Below are positions 63,545-64,000 of a stretch of DNA of 64,000 bases, piece after piece. The notes beneath the pieces were generated by a model that did not search any database, had not been told where the DNA came from, and was given only the letters and a program-made list of their open reading frames with translations. Origin of the DNA: Felis catus (lineage: Eukaryota). The stretch covers positions 67,272,001 through 67,336,000 of the forward strand of contig NC_058368.1 in the NCBI RefSeq assembly GCF_018350175.1. Direction: 5' to 3'. How positions within the stretch are numbered: the first letter of the stretch is position 1; each line of letters begins with the position of its first letter. The position numbers were made by a program, and so were the translations under genes.

Positions 63545-64000
63545 CTGGAAATTAACATGAGATAATGGAATTTTATTATTCGCTTTTCTCCTCTATGGTA
63601 TATAAAATCTAGAAACTAACAAATAAATGATCAGGTTGCTTAACCAAATTTCATTGGCTGCTTTATTCACCATGTCAAAAAACTACAATATAATCTTTCA
63701 CATAATGTTTTGATTGCAAGATAAAACATTGCTTAACTCTATAGAATCACATATGTGCGTGAATTGCACAGTGGGGAAGTTGTTGGCTTAGGGCATATTT
63801 GTTTGTCAGGAAGATTTATGTCCCAGGTCCTAGAGGTGTGGCAGTTTGTAATAATCACAGGCAAAACATGACATCAGCCTTGTTCTTTAGATCTTTTTAT
63901 TAATTCTTTACAAACCCTAAATCAAACATAGAAACAGCTATTGCTTTGAACCACGAAGAAAAGGTGTGTCTATTATCTGTCTACCATATTATTGGTATAC

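Overview
Mammalian genomic DNA, almost certainly from a felid. It carries about 45 carnivore tRNA-derived SINEs (including young SINEC_Fc-type copies with intact target-site duplications, TSDs) and two young 5'-truncated cat-type L1s. Older repeats include L1, L2 and MIR fragments, MaLR/ERVL LTRs, hAT (MER5, MER58, MER63) and Tigger2 DNA transposons, and microsatellites. Nearly all ORFs in the supplied track are repeat-derived or chance; the only recognisable protein sequence is the L1 ORF2 C-terminus. No CRISPR array, rRNA or genuine tRNA was seen. The most interesting non-repeat signal is a chain of about 12 very small (16-86 nt) GT-AG-bounded segments on the minus strand between 63.5 kb and 42.3 kb. 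They splice into one open frame that the ORF track cannot show, and may be the 3' part of a micro-exon-rich gene I cannot name; I assembled the chain by eye, so it is tentative. Other observations: a palindromic fused SINE, two SINE-in-SINE insertions at the same host site, a 96-bp locally templated insertion in a MIR, a SINE tail expanded to a ~430-bp AT array, three CTCF motifs and a CpG-retaining promoter-like patch. Repeat subfamily names are recalled from consensus sequences, not from a search, and boundaries of old repeats are approximate.
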